Positions 47,559 through 57,427 of a stretch of DNA of 64,000 nucleotides are shown here, in pieces (the first letter of the stretch is position 1; every line of letters starts with the position of its first letter). The notes beneath the pieces are model-generated. The model had not been told where the DNA came from. It worked only from the letters and a program-made list of their open reading frames with translations, and searched no databases. The position numbers and the translations under genes are program-made. This stretch comes from an uncultured Candidatus Saccharibacteria bacterium (GTDB lineage: Bacteria > Patescibacteriota > Minisyncoccia > Phycocordibacterales > UBA12088): NCBI GenBank assembly GCA_964459635.1, contig CAYWMQ010000002.1, positions 6,776 through 70,775 of the forward strand, given 5' to 3'.

Positions 47559-47945
47559 ATGGACGACACCTATGATGCCTTTGTTACGCTCATCAAAGAT
47601 ATCGTCGCTAACGGAGACGCCAGCAAACTGGGACGGGAGCTCGGTGTAAACACGAGCACCGTGCTCCGCTGGGCGCGCGGCGAAAGCCGGCCATCCCGCG
47701 GAGTCGTTTTTCCTATCATGGAATTTGCCTCAGCACTTCAACAGGGCGATGCCGTCGTGAAGGCCGATTTTGTGCGCGCTATGGCTTGGGTTGTAGAACA
47801 CGGGCACGCGGGCGTGCTCGCGCGAGCATTTGGTGTAAACCCAAGCACGGTCGCGCGGTGGGCAACAGACAAAAATCTTCCTCATCCGGCCGTTTGGCCC
47901 ATACTCTGCAAATGGGTCAAAACGGTAGGGGAAGCACGCGGGTAG
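47559..47945 (+). CDS. Tandem-HTH DNA-binding protein (hypothetical regulator)
   Basis: Two internal repeats LG(V/N)...STV.RWA; SD GGAGGG upstream; divergent from the TrmB gene. Confidence 0.4.
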   Translation: MDDTYDAFVTLIKDIVANGDASKLGRELGVNTSTVLRWARGESRPSRGVVFPIMEFASALQQGDAVVKADFVRAMAWVVEHGHAGVLARAFGVNPSTVARWATDKNLPHPAVWPILCKWVKTVGEARG

Positions 47946-48011
47946 CACGCATGCGCAACGGGCGGCCATGGCCGCCCGTTTTTTTCGAGTCTGTGTGAAG
48001 CCTTGCTGCCC

Positions 48012-48662
48012 CTACAAAACACTATCAAGCGGCACGCCCGTAAGAAAACCGAATACGAGCGCCACAAATGCATGGAAGACGGGGCCGATAAAGGTTATGG
48101 CGAGGTACAGGAAGAGAAACACGCCTATGAGCCCGCCCTGCATCAAAAATGACTCAAAGCGTTGGAAGGTAAGCCCCGCGCGAAACGGAAGGAGCGACTT
48201 CAAGAGCTTGGAGCCGTCGAGCGGAGGGAGCGGCAGCAGATTGAAGAGCGCCAAGAGAATGTTGATGTACACCACTACCGCGGCAAGTGAAAGGAACGAG
48301 CCGGGGAGCTCGCCAAGCCCAAAGCGCACCAAGAGCGCAAACACGAGGGCAAGCGCAATGTTCACGGCCGGTCCCGCACCCGCCACGATAGCTTCACCCC
48401 AGCGCTGGTTGCGCAGGTTGTACGGGTTGTACGGCACGGGCTTCGCCCAGCCAAAGAGGAGCGGTGACTGCATGAGCACAAGCAGGCCCGGCAAGAGCAG
48501 TGAGCCTATAGGGTCTATATGTGGAAGAGGGTTGAGCGTGAGCCGCCCTTGAAGACGAGCCGTGGGGTCGCCCAAAAATTCGGCTGCATAGCCGTGCGAG
48601 ACCTCATGAATGATGATGGAAAAGATGAGGGCGAGAAAGAAGAAAATGATAGTGGGGTCCAT
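48012..48662 (-). CDS. Site-2 protease family (peptidase M50) membrane metalloprotease
   Basis: HEVSHG zinc motif within TM helix 1 and an LDG motif later; 216 aa. Confidence 0.75.
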   Translation of the reverse strand: MDPTIIFFFLALIFSIIIHEVSHGYAAEFLGDPTARLQGRLTLNPLPHIDPIGSLLLPGLLVLMQSPLLFGWAKPVPYNPYNLRNQRWGEAIVAGAGPAVNIALALVFALLVRFGLGELPGSFLSLAAVVVYINILLALFNLLPLPPLDGSKLLKSLLPFRAGLTFQRFESFLMQGGLIGVFLFLYLAITFIGPVFHAFVALVFGFLTGVPLDSVL

Positions 48663-48806
48663 GATGTACGAGAGAAGAGATAAAAGAGAAGATGCAAAAG
48701 ATAGCTGGACAGTAAAAGATATGGGGATGGATGCGAGATACTGGGATATTAAAGCGTTGATATACTTAGATATTTCGACCTTATGTTGTGTAAGAACTGA
48801 AAATGC

Positions 48807-48835
48807 TTGACAAAATATGCAGATGGGTGTATGAT
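48807..48835 (+). promoter_or_regulatory. Consensus-like promoter TTGACA-17-TATGAT
   Basis: Read directly; a structured transcript with its own terminator follows. Confidence 0.6.
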
Positions 48836-48841
48836 ATTAAG

Positions 48842-49002
48842 TAGGCTTGGTCGTCCGGCTTTCCGCGTGCCCGCCACCCCGCTCACACTAGGGTGGCCGG
48901 CGTGCAAGCTTTCCGCCCGACGAAAGCCAAGCGCGTACTTCGGCCGCTGATCTCGGCTGAAGCGAGGGGGATGTCATGCGGCGCCGCATGCTCCCCCTTT
49001 TC
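48842..49002 (+). ncRNA. Candidate structured leader RNA / sRNA upstream of rpmB (promoter to intrinsic terminator, about 160 nt)
   Basis: Several predicted hairpins (gcccgccaccc/gggtggccggc; cttcggccg/cggctgaag) and a terminal ggggga...tccccc + TTTT terminator about 80 nt before the rpmB ATG. Confidence 0.4.
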
Positions 49003-49082
49003 TATACATAAAAACATGGCACACATGCTGAAGCAGGAAGACAGTTGCATTCCGCTACACGTATGGTACCATGCCGTAACCT

Positions 49083-49325
49083 ATGGCGAAACAGTGCCCA
49101 ATAACAAAAAAGACATCGCAGGTGGGCGGAGGCTACAGCAACCGCACCCGCGCGACTCAGTTTAACCCTACCGGCACACGCCGGCGCCAGGTGAACCTCA
49201 TGAAGCGCCGCATTTACGTGCCTGAGCTAGGGAAGCACGTAACGCTCGCGCTTTCTGCGAAAGCGATCAAGACCATCAATAAAAACGGCGCGTACAAGAC
49301 GCTTCTCGCCGCGGGAATTATTTAG
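49083..49325 (+). CDS. rpmB: 50S ribosomal protein L28
   Basis: MAKQCPITKK...N.S....T.R...N; 80 aa. Confidence 0.85.
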   Translation: MAKQCPITKKTSQVGGGYSNRTRATQFNPTGTRRRQVNLMKRRIYVPELGKHVTLALSAKAIKTINKNGAYKTLLAAGII

Positions 49326-49365
49326 GCCGGCTTGCGCGGAGCGACTGCACCTTCCTTTTGAAACA

Positions 49366-49386
49366 CCCCCGCCGGGGGTTTTTTAT
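49366..49386. terminator. Bidirectional terminator after rpmB
   Basis: ccccc-gccg-ggggg followed by TTTTTTA. Confidence 0.65.
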
Positions 49387-49940
49387 TCCAAGCCCACCAC
49401 CGGTGCGGCTCGGCGTGAGCGCGCCACTATATTTTGTATCTCTTCTTTAACGAGGTCCGGGTTGGGCACCTGTCGCATAATAAAGTCGCTTGAAATGCTC
49501 GCTGTCTGAATGCGGACATTTCCGATATGAAGCCACGTGGGTATGAGCCCGGATACTTCATACGTAACGTCCTGGATGCGATCGTGCGAAAAGCTTGAGA
49601 CGTGCCGGCTGAAAAATCTCTTCTGTTCTATATCGATGATGCGCCGGTCGGTGATAACCCACACGTCAAGCCACTGGTCGGTCCACAACATAAAGAAGCG
49701 GATCCAAAAGAAGAGCGCCGCGAATGCAAGTACGAAGAGCCCGAGCGCAAGCGCGGGGCTCTGCGAAACGCCACTTGCGTGTGCAACGATCTCGCCCGCG
49801 CCGATGAGCGATGCAAGGAGCGACCATGCCAAAATGGCGCCCGCCCCCTCAAGCACCAGTCGCCACCAGTGCCTGCGCACGACCGTAAGCACCTGTTCGT
49901 CGGGACTTATGCCCAGCCTTTGTGCGGATGTTTTATCCAT
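49383..49940 (-). CDS. Membrane protein with bacterial PH-like (YdbS/YdbT-like) domain, hypothetical
   Basis: Two TM helices followed by a WLDVWVITDRRIIDIEQKRFF-type PH-like segment. Confidence 0.4.
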   Translation of the reverse strand: MDKTSAQRLGISPDEQVLTVVRRHWWRLVLEGAGAILAWSLLASLIGAGEIVAHASGVSQSPALALGLFVLAFAALFFWIRFFMLWTDQWLDVWVITDRRIIDIEQKRFFSRHVSSFSHDRIQDVTYEVSGLIPTWLHIGNVRIQTASISSDFIMRQVPNPDLVKEEIQNIVARSRRAAPVVGLE

Positions 49941-50265
49941 GTGAATACCAAAGCACCCCGAGCGCCATAAGGAAGAGGCAGGCGGCTACACCTGAAAGGT
50001 ACACGAGCAGCACGAAACGCGAAGTGTAGCGGCCCGTGCTGTAGAGGTGCCAGTGCCACACCATCACCGCACTCAGTACGATACTCACGACCGCCGCCAA
50101 TAGGAACATCCCCCATAGCACGAGCGGCATCGTGAGCGCGAGTGGCGCTAGATCATACACTGCCATACATGAAGTATACACCCGCGCGCGTTGCCCATCG
50201 CGCCGTATGCTATAGTGACGGTGCATAAAAGCAGGGTTATCGCCCCGCAGTAACCTTATGTACAT
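49933..50265 (-). CDS. Small membrane protein, hypothetical (start uncertain)
   Basis: Hydrophobic ORF; two TM helices. Confidence 0.3.
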   Translation of the reverse strand: MYIRLLRGDNPAFMHRHYSIRRDGQRARVYTSCMAVYDLAPLALTMPLVLWGMFLLAAVVSIVLSAVMVWHWHLYSTGRYTSRFVLLVYLSGVAACLFLMALGVLWYSHG

Positions 50266-51003
50266 ATGTATATATTCATTGTTCTTGTAGTGGCGGTGCT
50301 ATTGGCCATCGCTCTTATTAAGCAGATAGATCAGTACGAACGTGGCGTCATGCTCACGCTCGGCAAGTACTCGGGCACGAAAGAGCCCGGCTGGCGCATC
50401 GTGGTGCCTGTGTTTCAGCGCATCATTAAGGTAGACATGCGCGTGAAGGCTGTGGATGTGCCGGACCAGAAGGCTATCACGCGCGACAACGTATCGGTCA
50501 CGGTAAACGCGGTCATTTACTACCGCGTGTTCTCGGCGGACAAAGCGGTGCTCGAGGTCGAGGATTACCGGTACGCTATCTCACAGTACGCACAAACGAC
50601 GATGCGTAACATTGTGGGCGAGGTGACGCTTGATGAGCTTTTGGCGAACAGGGAGAAGCTCGCGGACCGTATACGCGAGATAGTGGATAAAGAAACGGAT
50701 GCATGGGGCTTGCGCGTGAACAACGTGGAGCTTAAAGACGTGAGCTTGCCCGCCGACATGGAACGCACCATAGCCAAGCAGGCCGAGGCGGAGCGCGAGA
50801 AGCGCGCGGTCATCATAAACTCGGAAGGCGAGCTCGCAGCTGCGCAAAACATGGCAAAAGCGGCTGAAATACTTGCCGCGACGCCGGGGGCACTGCACCT
50901 GCGTACACTCCAATCTATCAACGACATATCGAGCGACGACTCAAACACCATCGTGTTTGCGGTACCGCTTGAGGTGATGAAGGCGTATGCGGGGTTTCAG
51001 TAA
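50266..51003 (+). CDS. SPFH/band-7 (stomatin/prohibitin-like) membrane protein
   Basis: N-terminal TM helix followed by an SPFH-domain sequence (ERGV...LGK...GW...). Confidence 0.8.
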   Translation: MYIFIVLVVAVLLAIALIKQIDQYERGVMLTLGKYSGTKEPGWRIVVPVFQRIIKVDMRVKAVDVPDQKAITRDNVSVTVNAVIYYRVFSADKAVLEVEDYRYAISQYAQTTMRNIVGEVTLDELLANREKLADRIREIVDKETDAWGLRVNNVELKDVSLPADMERTIAKQAEAEREKRAVIINSEGELAAAQNMAKAAEILAATPGALHLRTLQSINDISSDDSNTIVFAVPLEVMKAYAGFQ

Positions 51004-51183
51004 CGCCATGGGGCAGTCAACACGTGTATACCACAGCGGAGACCATTGAGCATACGCATCCGGCTCGAGCATTAAGAACACGAACGAGACTGCTGCTTTG
51101 CTATTGAAACCAAGGTGCACATGCGAAAGATCTCATACTATGGTATGCTCGGGCGGGTATATATCTGGTTGGGGACATGACAG

Positions 51184-51597
51184 ATGCTGCGACTGGTTGG
51201 TGCGTGGTTAATACTGCTTAGCGCTTCGCTCCTAGCGGTGAGCGGTTACTCTGCAGGTACCGTGCTATGCGTGTTCTTGGGCATCGCACTGTTCGACATG
51301 GTCATGTACAGCTACTTCAGATGGGTCGTGACGCGTGCACTGTACGACCGAGGATTTCATGACGGCCCGCCACAGCTTGCCGTGCTGACAGGACCGGACA
51401 ACGTCACTCACTGGGTGAGCTGGCCTGGTGAACCGAACGCGTCTACGGTACATGAGTATTGGCAAGTCGCAATTCGGGACCTCAACATGGGACATCGTAT
51501 TTTGTGGTATGGCGTGCGATATGGGACGCGCATGCTGGATCCTGTGTGGCTTTTCTTCCCGAAAGAAGTTGGGGGCCGCAACGCATTCTACGACTGA
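51184..51597 (+). CDS. Hypothetical membrane protein (137 aa)
   Basis: Two N-terminal TM helices; extended -10 (TATGGTATGCT) upstream. Confidence 0.4.
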   Translation: MLRLVGAWLILLSASLLAVSGYSAGTVLCVFLGIALFDMVMYSYFRWVVTRALYDRGFHDGPPQLAVLTGPDNVTHWVSWPGEPNASTVHEYWQVAIRDLNMGHRILWYGVRYGTRMLDPVWLFFPKEVGGRNAFYD

Positions 51598-51631
51598 CGC
51601 CGTGAGCGCTGAGGGAAACCTCAGCGCTTTG

Positions 51632-52492
51632 CTATTCATATGCAACTTTGGCCCCATCACTTTCAAATACGATCGTCCCTTCCTCGCACGTACCGAGCAC
51701 GATAGCACCGGCGGCGCGCACGCGCTCCACCACCTCCGTATGCGGGTGCCCGTACCTGTTATCACAGCCTGCGGACACTACAGCGTACTCGGGGCGTACG
51801 GTGGACAGGAAGAGCGCACCACTTGAGGTGCGCGAGCCATGGTGTCCCAGCTTCAGTACCGTGCTCTTGAGAGCCGTACCGTGTACCCCTACCATATACT
51901 CTTCGATTGCCTCCGGTGAGTCACCTGTGAGCAAAAACGAAACGTCACCGTGTACGAGACGCAGCACCACCGAACCCATGTTCGCCTCCACCCCACGTAC
52001 GTCGCGGTCGGGGAAAAGCACATCCACGTACACATCTTCGTCAAGCGCTAACCGCTGTCCGGTTCTCGCCGCAATCGGCGTGAGCCCCTCATCGCGTACG
52101 GCCTCTTGGAGCGCGGCGTAGTCGGGCCCCGGGTCTTGCACGCCAGGCTCCATGAACGCCCCCACCTCGTAGCGCTTGAATACGTCAGGCAAGCTTCCTA
52201 TATGATCGAGGTCGGGATGAGTGACGAGCACGAGGTCTATCCTGCGATCGGAAAAAGGCAGCAGCATCCCAAGCTCCTGCAGTACCGCAAGCCCCATGCC
52301 GCCGTCTATGAGCATCTGCCTGCCACTCGGCGTTTCAATGAAGATCGAGTCGCCTTGGCCCACATCAAGAAACGAGACGGTCAATACATCTTTGGAGGCG
52401 GACACATCTGCGCGCTCAAAAAGAAAAAGTGCCATAGAGCACAACACGAGCACTATGAATACGTGCGCATGTTTTCGGACGCGCTTCAGCAT
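51632..52492 (-). CDS. ComEC C-terminal-type metallo-beta-lactamase domain protein (stand-alone)
   Basis: Signal/TM N-terminus, FLDVGQGDS, LVLVTHPDLDHIGSL, LKLGHHGS MBL motifs typical of the ComEC nuclease domain. Confidence 0.75.
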   Translation of the reverse strand: MLKRVRKHAHVFIVLVLCSMALFLFERADVSASKDVLTVSFLDVGQGDSIFIETPSGRQMLIDGGMGLAVLQELGMLLPFSDRRIDLVLVTHPDLDHIGSLPDVFKRYEVGAFMEPGVQDPGPDYAALQEAVRDEGLTPIAARTGQRLALDEDVYVDVLFPDRDVRGVEANMGSVVLRLVHGDVSFLLTGDSPEAIEEYMVGVHGTALKSTVLKLGHHGSRTSSGALFLSTVRPEYAVVSAGCDNRYGHPHTEVVERVRAAGAIVLGTCEEGTIVFESDGAKVAYE

Positions 52493-52806
52493 GGGAAAAG
52501 TATACCAAAACCCACCCGCGCCTATGCGACGCGGGTGGGGCATTTGCTACAGCGGCCAGAGCCATGAGGTGGGAGTTACGTGCTCCACCTGAAGAGCGAG
52601 GGTGAGCTTTTCGCGCTCACAACGCGACAAGTGTTCCAGAATGTCTTTGTCGAGCGCACGGACCATAACAAAGCCCTTGCAGGCTGTTCCTCGCAGCACT
52701 TCGACGCGCCTTCCATATAAGAGGGCTGCACTGTCAGCGAAGTCCCGAACGGCATTGGTCATCCTCATCTCACGCACCGCAGCCTCCTTTTCCTGAGCCG
52801 ATGAAA

Positions 52807-54024
52807 CTATCTCACCACAGACGCTACAGCTTTTGCCACCCTTTTGTCAAATACCGCAGGAATGATCTTCTGTGCCGTAGGTCGCGCCACAAGAGCAGCG
52901 AGCTTTTTTGCGGCGCGGAGTTTCATGTCGTCCGTGATGCGCCGTACGCCATTATCGAGCGCACCGCGGAATATCCCCGGAAACACGAGCACATTGTTTA
53001 TCTGGTTTGGAAAATCGCTTCGCCCCGTCGCAACAACCGCCGCGCCCGCCTTTTTCGCGTCTTCGGGCATTATCTCGGGAATGGGATTGGCGAGCGCAAA
53101 TACGATGGGCTTTTGTGCCATGACGCGCACATGCTCCTGATGAATGGTGCCCGGGCCCGACACCCCCACGACCGCATCTGCACCCGCCATTGCCTCCAGC
53201 ACCCCGCCCTGACGAAGTTCTCTATTGGTTATTTCCGCCAATGCACGCTTTGCACTGTTGAGGTCGCTTCTGCCGCTTTCTATGATGCCGCGGCTATCTG
53301 TTACTATCACATCACCTACGCCGTAGCGTACGAGGAGCCTCGCGATAGCGGTACCCGCCGCGCCTGCACCCACTATGGCTATGCGTGAGCGCGCCATGTT
53401 CTTGCGCACGACCTTGTGCGCATTGATGAGGCCGGCCAAGACCACAATGGCGGTGCCGTGCTGGTCATCATGCATGACCGGTATTGAAAGCTCGTTCTTG
53501 AGCCGCTCTTCTATCTCAAAACACTGCGGCGCAGCGATGTCTTCAAGATTGATGCCGCCAAAGGTGGGGGCGAGCGCTTTCACCGCGGCCACTATGTCGT
53601 CTGCGGAGTGCACATTGAGCACAATGGGCACAGCATCAACATTCGCAAACGCCTTGAAGAGGAGCGCCTTGCCCTCCATGACGGGTAGCGCAGCCTCCGG
53701 GCCTATGTTGCCGAGCCCCAACACGGCAGAGCCGTCAGAGACCACCGCGACGGTGCGCCCCGCGAGCGTGTATGCGCCCACCTCATCCTTGCGCTCGGCA
53801 AGGTACGAAGACACCGCACCTACGCCTGGTGTATAGAGAAGGGGCAGCGTGGATGGGTTTGTGCGCACGAGCGGGCGGACCTCAAGCTTGCCCTTGTGCT
53901 TCTTATGGAGCGCAAGCGCACGGGTCGCAGTGTCCGTGCCCGCGCGTGCACGTGGGTGTGTGTCTTTGCTTTTTGCCATATGCTTAGAAACAACCGTGTG
54001 CCGCCGCGCGAGCTCGCTCTCCAT
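52807..54024 (-). CDS. NAD(P)-dependent malic enzyme
   Basis: 405 aa; malic enzyme N-terminal and NAD-binding domain signatures (GxGxxG VGAGAAG). Confidence 0.85.
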   Translation of the reverse strand: MESELARRHTVVSKHMAKSKDTHPRARAGTDTATRALALHKKHKGKLEVRPLVRTNPSTLPLLYTPGVGAVSSYLAERKDEVGAYTLAGRTVAVVSDGSAVLGLGNIGPEAALPVMEGKALLFKAFANVDAVPIVLNVHSADDIVAAVKALAPTFGGINLEDIAAPQCFEIEERLKNELSIPVMHDDQHGTAIVVLAGLINAHKVVRKNMARSRIAIVGAGAAGTAIARLLVRYGVGDVIVTDSRGIIESGRSDLNSAKRALAEITNRELRQGGVLEAMAGADAVVGVSGPGTIHQEHVRVMAQKPIVFALANPIPEIMPEDAKKAGAAVVATGRSDFPNQINNVLVFPGIFRGALDNGVRRITDDMKLRAAKKLAALVARPTAQKIIPAVFDKRVAKAVASVVR

Positions 54025-54254
54025 AGCTCATATTGTACTCGGGCTGTGAGAGACGCTTCTCGTACTCCACACAGTACTCGCTTGGCTTACCGTCAAAAAA
54101 AGCCTCACGGTTGAGGTAGAGATACCCCAAGCCCACTATGGCTAGCACGGTCACGATAAAACGTACCATGTGGATAGTGTAGCACGGGCAACATGCCAGC
54201 TCTACAACGCGGTGTGTGGTACAGTGGGGATGCCTACCAGTAACATTTTCTCGT

Positions 54255-54839
54255 ATGTCCTACACACCACACACCTTCAGCTTCCCCGCCATAGCGGGTA
54301 TATCCGCAGAACAGCTGGCGCTCCATATCGGCCTCTACGAAGGGTACGTGAAACACGTAAACTTGCTCACCGATGAACTCGCTGCGCTTGGCGGGGACGC
54401 CTCACACACGTACGCAGCACAAGAGCTCCGACGTCGGCTTGGCTTCGAATGGAACGGCATGCGCCTTCACGAGCTCTACTTTGAGCCGCTCTCGGCAGGC
54501 GCGCTTCCGCTTCCTGAAGAAAGTGCGCTTGCACATGCGCTTGCGGCACAGTACGGGTCTTTCGACGCGTGGCGTGAGCGCTTTTCCAAGCTCTCCGCGC
54601 GCGGCCCCGGGTGGGCACTCCTTACGTACGATGCCGCGTCCACCGCGTTCCACGAGGTCTGGGTGGCCGACCACGAGATAGGACACCTGGCAGGTCTACC
54701 CGTCATACTCGCACTCGACCACTGGGAGCACGCGTACCTCAAAGACTACAAGCCAAGCGAGAAGGGTTCGTATGTAAACGCATACTTGGCTGCACTTAAC
54801 TGGCCGCTCCTGGCTCAGCGCTTTGAAGCTGCTCGGTAG
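54255..54839 (+). CDS. sodA: Fe/Mn superoxide dismutase
   Basis: DHWEHAY motif and conserved His ligands; start chosen at MSYTPHTF. Confidence 0.9.
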   Translation: MSYTPHTFSFPAIAGISAEQLALHIGLYEGYVKHVNLLTDELAALGGDASHTYAAQELRRRLGFEWNGMRLHELYFEPLSAGALPLPEESALAHALAAQYGSFDAWRERFSKLSARGPGWALLTYDAASTAFHEVWVADHEIGHLAGLPVILALDHWEHAYLKDYKPSEKGSYVNAYLAALNWPLLAQRFEAAR

Positions 54840-56301
54840 CACCCATCCTTCGCGTCAGAAGATACCACGCCCCGCCCGCCAAAGCGTAGAGCGCCAAGAC
54901 CCATACCGGGCTCATGGGCGGTACGGTGATGGACGCGTAAGGGAGCTCTGCGCCTGTGCGTACCACAAGAAATACGTATGAGAGCATGAGGTGGGCCAAA
55001 TACGCGAGCGGGAGTGCGAGTGCCGTGCTTAGAAGCGCAAGCGCCCCGGCAAGAAATCCGATAAGCATGAGTACCGGCACGAGCGGCAGCACGAGAAGGT
55101 TCGCCGCAAGCGCCACAAGTGAAAGCTCGCCCACTTGGTACCAAATGAGTGGAAGCACCGCGAGCTGTGTCGCGAACGTGGTCGCGACTATCTCGCGCAG
55201 TCCGACCATGTCCGGCACGTACGCAAACCGCGACATAAGCGCGGGCGTAAGGCCGATGAGTCCCGCTGTCGCCGCAACAGACAGCTGGAAGCCCGGATCG
55301 AAAAGGAGTACGTACGGGTTGTGCGCCACCATAGCCGCCGCCGCTACCATGAGCGCGCGCAGCACCGCATACGGCCGTGTGGTATAGACGGCCAACAAGC
55401 CCAAGAGTGCCATGATGGTCGCGCGTGCGACAGCCGCCCCCGCGCCCACCATGAGTGCAAATGCGACGATACCGCACGAGGCGGCGATGAAGCGCAAGCG
55501 AGGCGAAAAGGGAGCGCAGAGGGCATAGATGAGATAGGAGACAATGGTGAGGTTGAAGCCTGAGAGCACCACTATGTGCACCAACCCGACCGTTTGAAAG
55601 CGCTCAAGCCATGCTTCCCCAAGTGAACGCTTTACGCCCACTACGAGCCCACCAAGGAGTCCTGCGCCCGGCTCAGGCACGACGAATGCAACAGACGCAA
55701 GCCACGCGCGCTTGATCGTAAAAAGCGAGGCGAGTACGAGAGATGCATGGCCACCACTTACACGCTCGGCATTGGGGTACCGCATCACATAGTGAATGCC
55801 GTCTTTCTTTAGGAAACCCGGGTAATCAAACACGCGTCCCGCGTCTGTTTCAAACGCTTCGGGCACGCTCACGGCGCCGCGAAGAGCGAGCCGGTCGCCA
55901 TACGCATACGCGGGCCGGTGCGGCATGCGGGTAAGCACCGTGATACGCGCCGGTGCCCCTGCCACCGTATCGAGCTCGACTGTGTAGAGTGTATTGGCAT
56001 CGCGCACGTCCGGCTCGCGCACAACCACGCCCGACGCTTCGATGTGCGCACCATCCGGGAGCAAAGGGCTCGGCACCGATGCTCGCTCCGCAAACTCGAC
56101 GCGCACAATGCCGAGCGAGCAGGAGCCCACACACAGGACTACAAGAAGCGCTACAGAGTGCACGCGCACGCGAGGTATTAAGACCAAGAGGAGTGCGGAG
56201 CATACGAAGGTGGCGGCTATCCACCAGGGTACGGGAAAGAGCAGCGCAAACCCAACACCGAGCACAAACGCCGCAAGCGCACACATGAGCCCAAGACGCA
56301 T
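54796..56301 (-). CDS. comEC: ComEC/Rec2 DNA-uptake channel protein (membrane core, lacking the MBL domain)
   Basis: 501 aa; N-terminal DUF4131-like TM region and a polytopic competence-domain core. Convergent overlap with sodA. Confidence 0.7.
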   Translation of the reverse strand: MRLGLMCALAAFVLGVGFALLFPVPWWIAATFVCSALLLVLIPRVRVHSVALLVVLCVGSCSLGIVRVEFAERASVPSPLLPDGAHIEASGVVVREPDVRDANTLYTVELDTVAGAPARITVLTRMPHRPAYAYGDRLALRGAVSVPEAFETDAGRVFDYPGFLKKDGIHYVMRYPNAERVSGGHASLVLASLFTIKRAWLASVAFVVPEPGAGLLGGLVVGVKRSLGEAWLERFQTVGLVHIVVLSGFNLTIVSYLIYALCAPFSPRLRFIAASCGIVAFALMVGAGAAVARATIMALLGLLAVYTTRPYAVLRALMVAAAAMVAHNPYVLLFDPGFQLSVAATAGLIGLTPALMSRFAYVPDMVGLREIVATTFATQLAVLPLIWYQVGELSLVALAANLLVLPLVPVLMLIGFLAGALALLSTALALPLAYLAHLMLSYVFLVVRTGAELPYASITVPPMSPVWVLALYALAGGAWYLLTRRMGATEQLQSAEPGAAS

Positions 56302-56390
56302 GAGAGCAGTCTAGCAAGAACGCGCACGCGCTTCGCGCCAAACATGTGCATAGAGCAACGCCGCGGGGTAAACCGCGGCGTTAGGTGCGC

Positions 56391-56642
56391 TCACTGAAGT
56401 CTGAAGTCAGCCGAAGCATAGCGGAGCTCACGCTTGCTGACGAGGGGGCTGCACACGTAGTGGACATGGAACAGTTTGCCATCCAGGTGAGCTTGCCACC
56501 ATCCTAAAAAGCGATGCAGCTCGGGGAGCTCCGGCAGTATGTCCAAGAGTTCATACACAAACTCCTGCAAGATCCGCGGATGATCTGGCATACGGTAGTT
56601 GATTTGCGCCTTCACAATTACAAACGGGATGACGTTCATCAT
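56391..56642 (-). CDS. Hypothetical small protein (possibly Dabb/ABM-like alpha-beta barrel)
   Basis: 83-aa ORF; only weak resemblance. Confidence 0.3.
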   Translation of the reverse strand: MMNVIPFVIVKAQINYRMPDHPRILQEFVYELLDILPELPELHRFLGWWQAHLDGKLFHVHYVCSPLVSKRELRYASADFRLQ

Positions 56643-56798
56643 GGCTCACCTCCTCTCTCAAAAGTAGCAGAGCCTTAGATGGTGTCAATGGACACCAACC
56701 CCCGCATGTACGGAAAACAAGAGATGACAGACAAGAGACGAAAGAATACGTGCATCTGATCTGTGTGTTTGTTGTCTCTTTTCTTTTGTCTCCGTGTC

Positions 56799-57230
56799 TC
56801 ACGCCCGATCCATCGCCTCGTTCGCCATACGGTCCGCGCGTGAGTTCTCAGCGCGGGGAATGTGTGTAAAGGTAACGTGCGGAAAGGTCGACACGCGCAA
56901 ATTATGTACGGCGATGTAGAGCGGCCAAAGTGTCTCCTCCTTTACCTGGTACTCGCCATTGAGTTGCTTGCAGATGAGTTCCGAATCCATTTTTACGTTA
57001 ACCTGCAGCTCTTTGCACTGCGGCGCACCAAAATGTTTTTTTATAGTCTCAAGACCGAGAATGACGGCATGGTATTCCGCATAGTTGTTGGTCTGGTGCC
57101 CGAGGTACTTCGACACTTCCTTGATGGTCTTACCGTTCTCGTCGAGTATAACCGCTCCCGCTCCAGCCGGCCCGGGGTTTCCGCGCGCTCCGCCGTCAGT
57201 GTATAGGTACATGGTCTTTAGGTTTGACAT
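56799..57230 (-). CDS. rnhA: Ribonuclease HI
   Basis: MYLYTDGGARGNPGPAGAGAVI...E...D...D catalytic pattern; 143 aa. Confidence 0.85.
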   Translation of the reverse strand: MSNLKTMYLYTDGGARGNPGPAGAGAVILDENGKTIKEVSKYLGHQTNNYAEYHAVILGLETIKKHFGAPQCKELQVNVKMDSELICKQLNGEYQVKEETLWPLYIAVHNLRVSTFPHVTFTHIPRAENSRADRMANEAMDRA

Positions 57231-57241
57231 GGTCTGAAAGG

Positions 57242-57427
57242 TTAGGAGACACTGACGGCAAGCCTGGACGTGAGGGGGGTCAGGGGAACACCTGGACCCC
57301 CGTGGAGGAATGTCGTGAGGTCCGCGCGGTCGGTTGAGCGTCGGAAAACCGTGGGTTGCCCAGGAGACCTAGGATTCGCCCGCGTACCACCATCGGTGTG
57401 GAGTATGACTGTTCGCATGGGATTCAC
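57242..57427 (-). pseudogene. Degenerate duplicate of the rnhA 5' end (RNase H N-terminal fragment)
   Basis: Translates to VILHTDGGTRANPRSPG. This matches the TDGGxRGNPGPxG active-site motif of the intact rnhA 12 bp downstream. The rest shows no homology. Confidence 0.35.

Noticed and set aside
53984-54169. 61-aa minus-strand ORF overlapping the start of the malic enzyme gene
   Set aside because: It overlaps the maeB start region in another frame, and the evidence is ORF-only. It is probably spurious.
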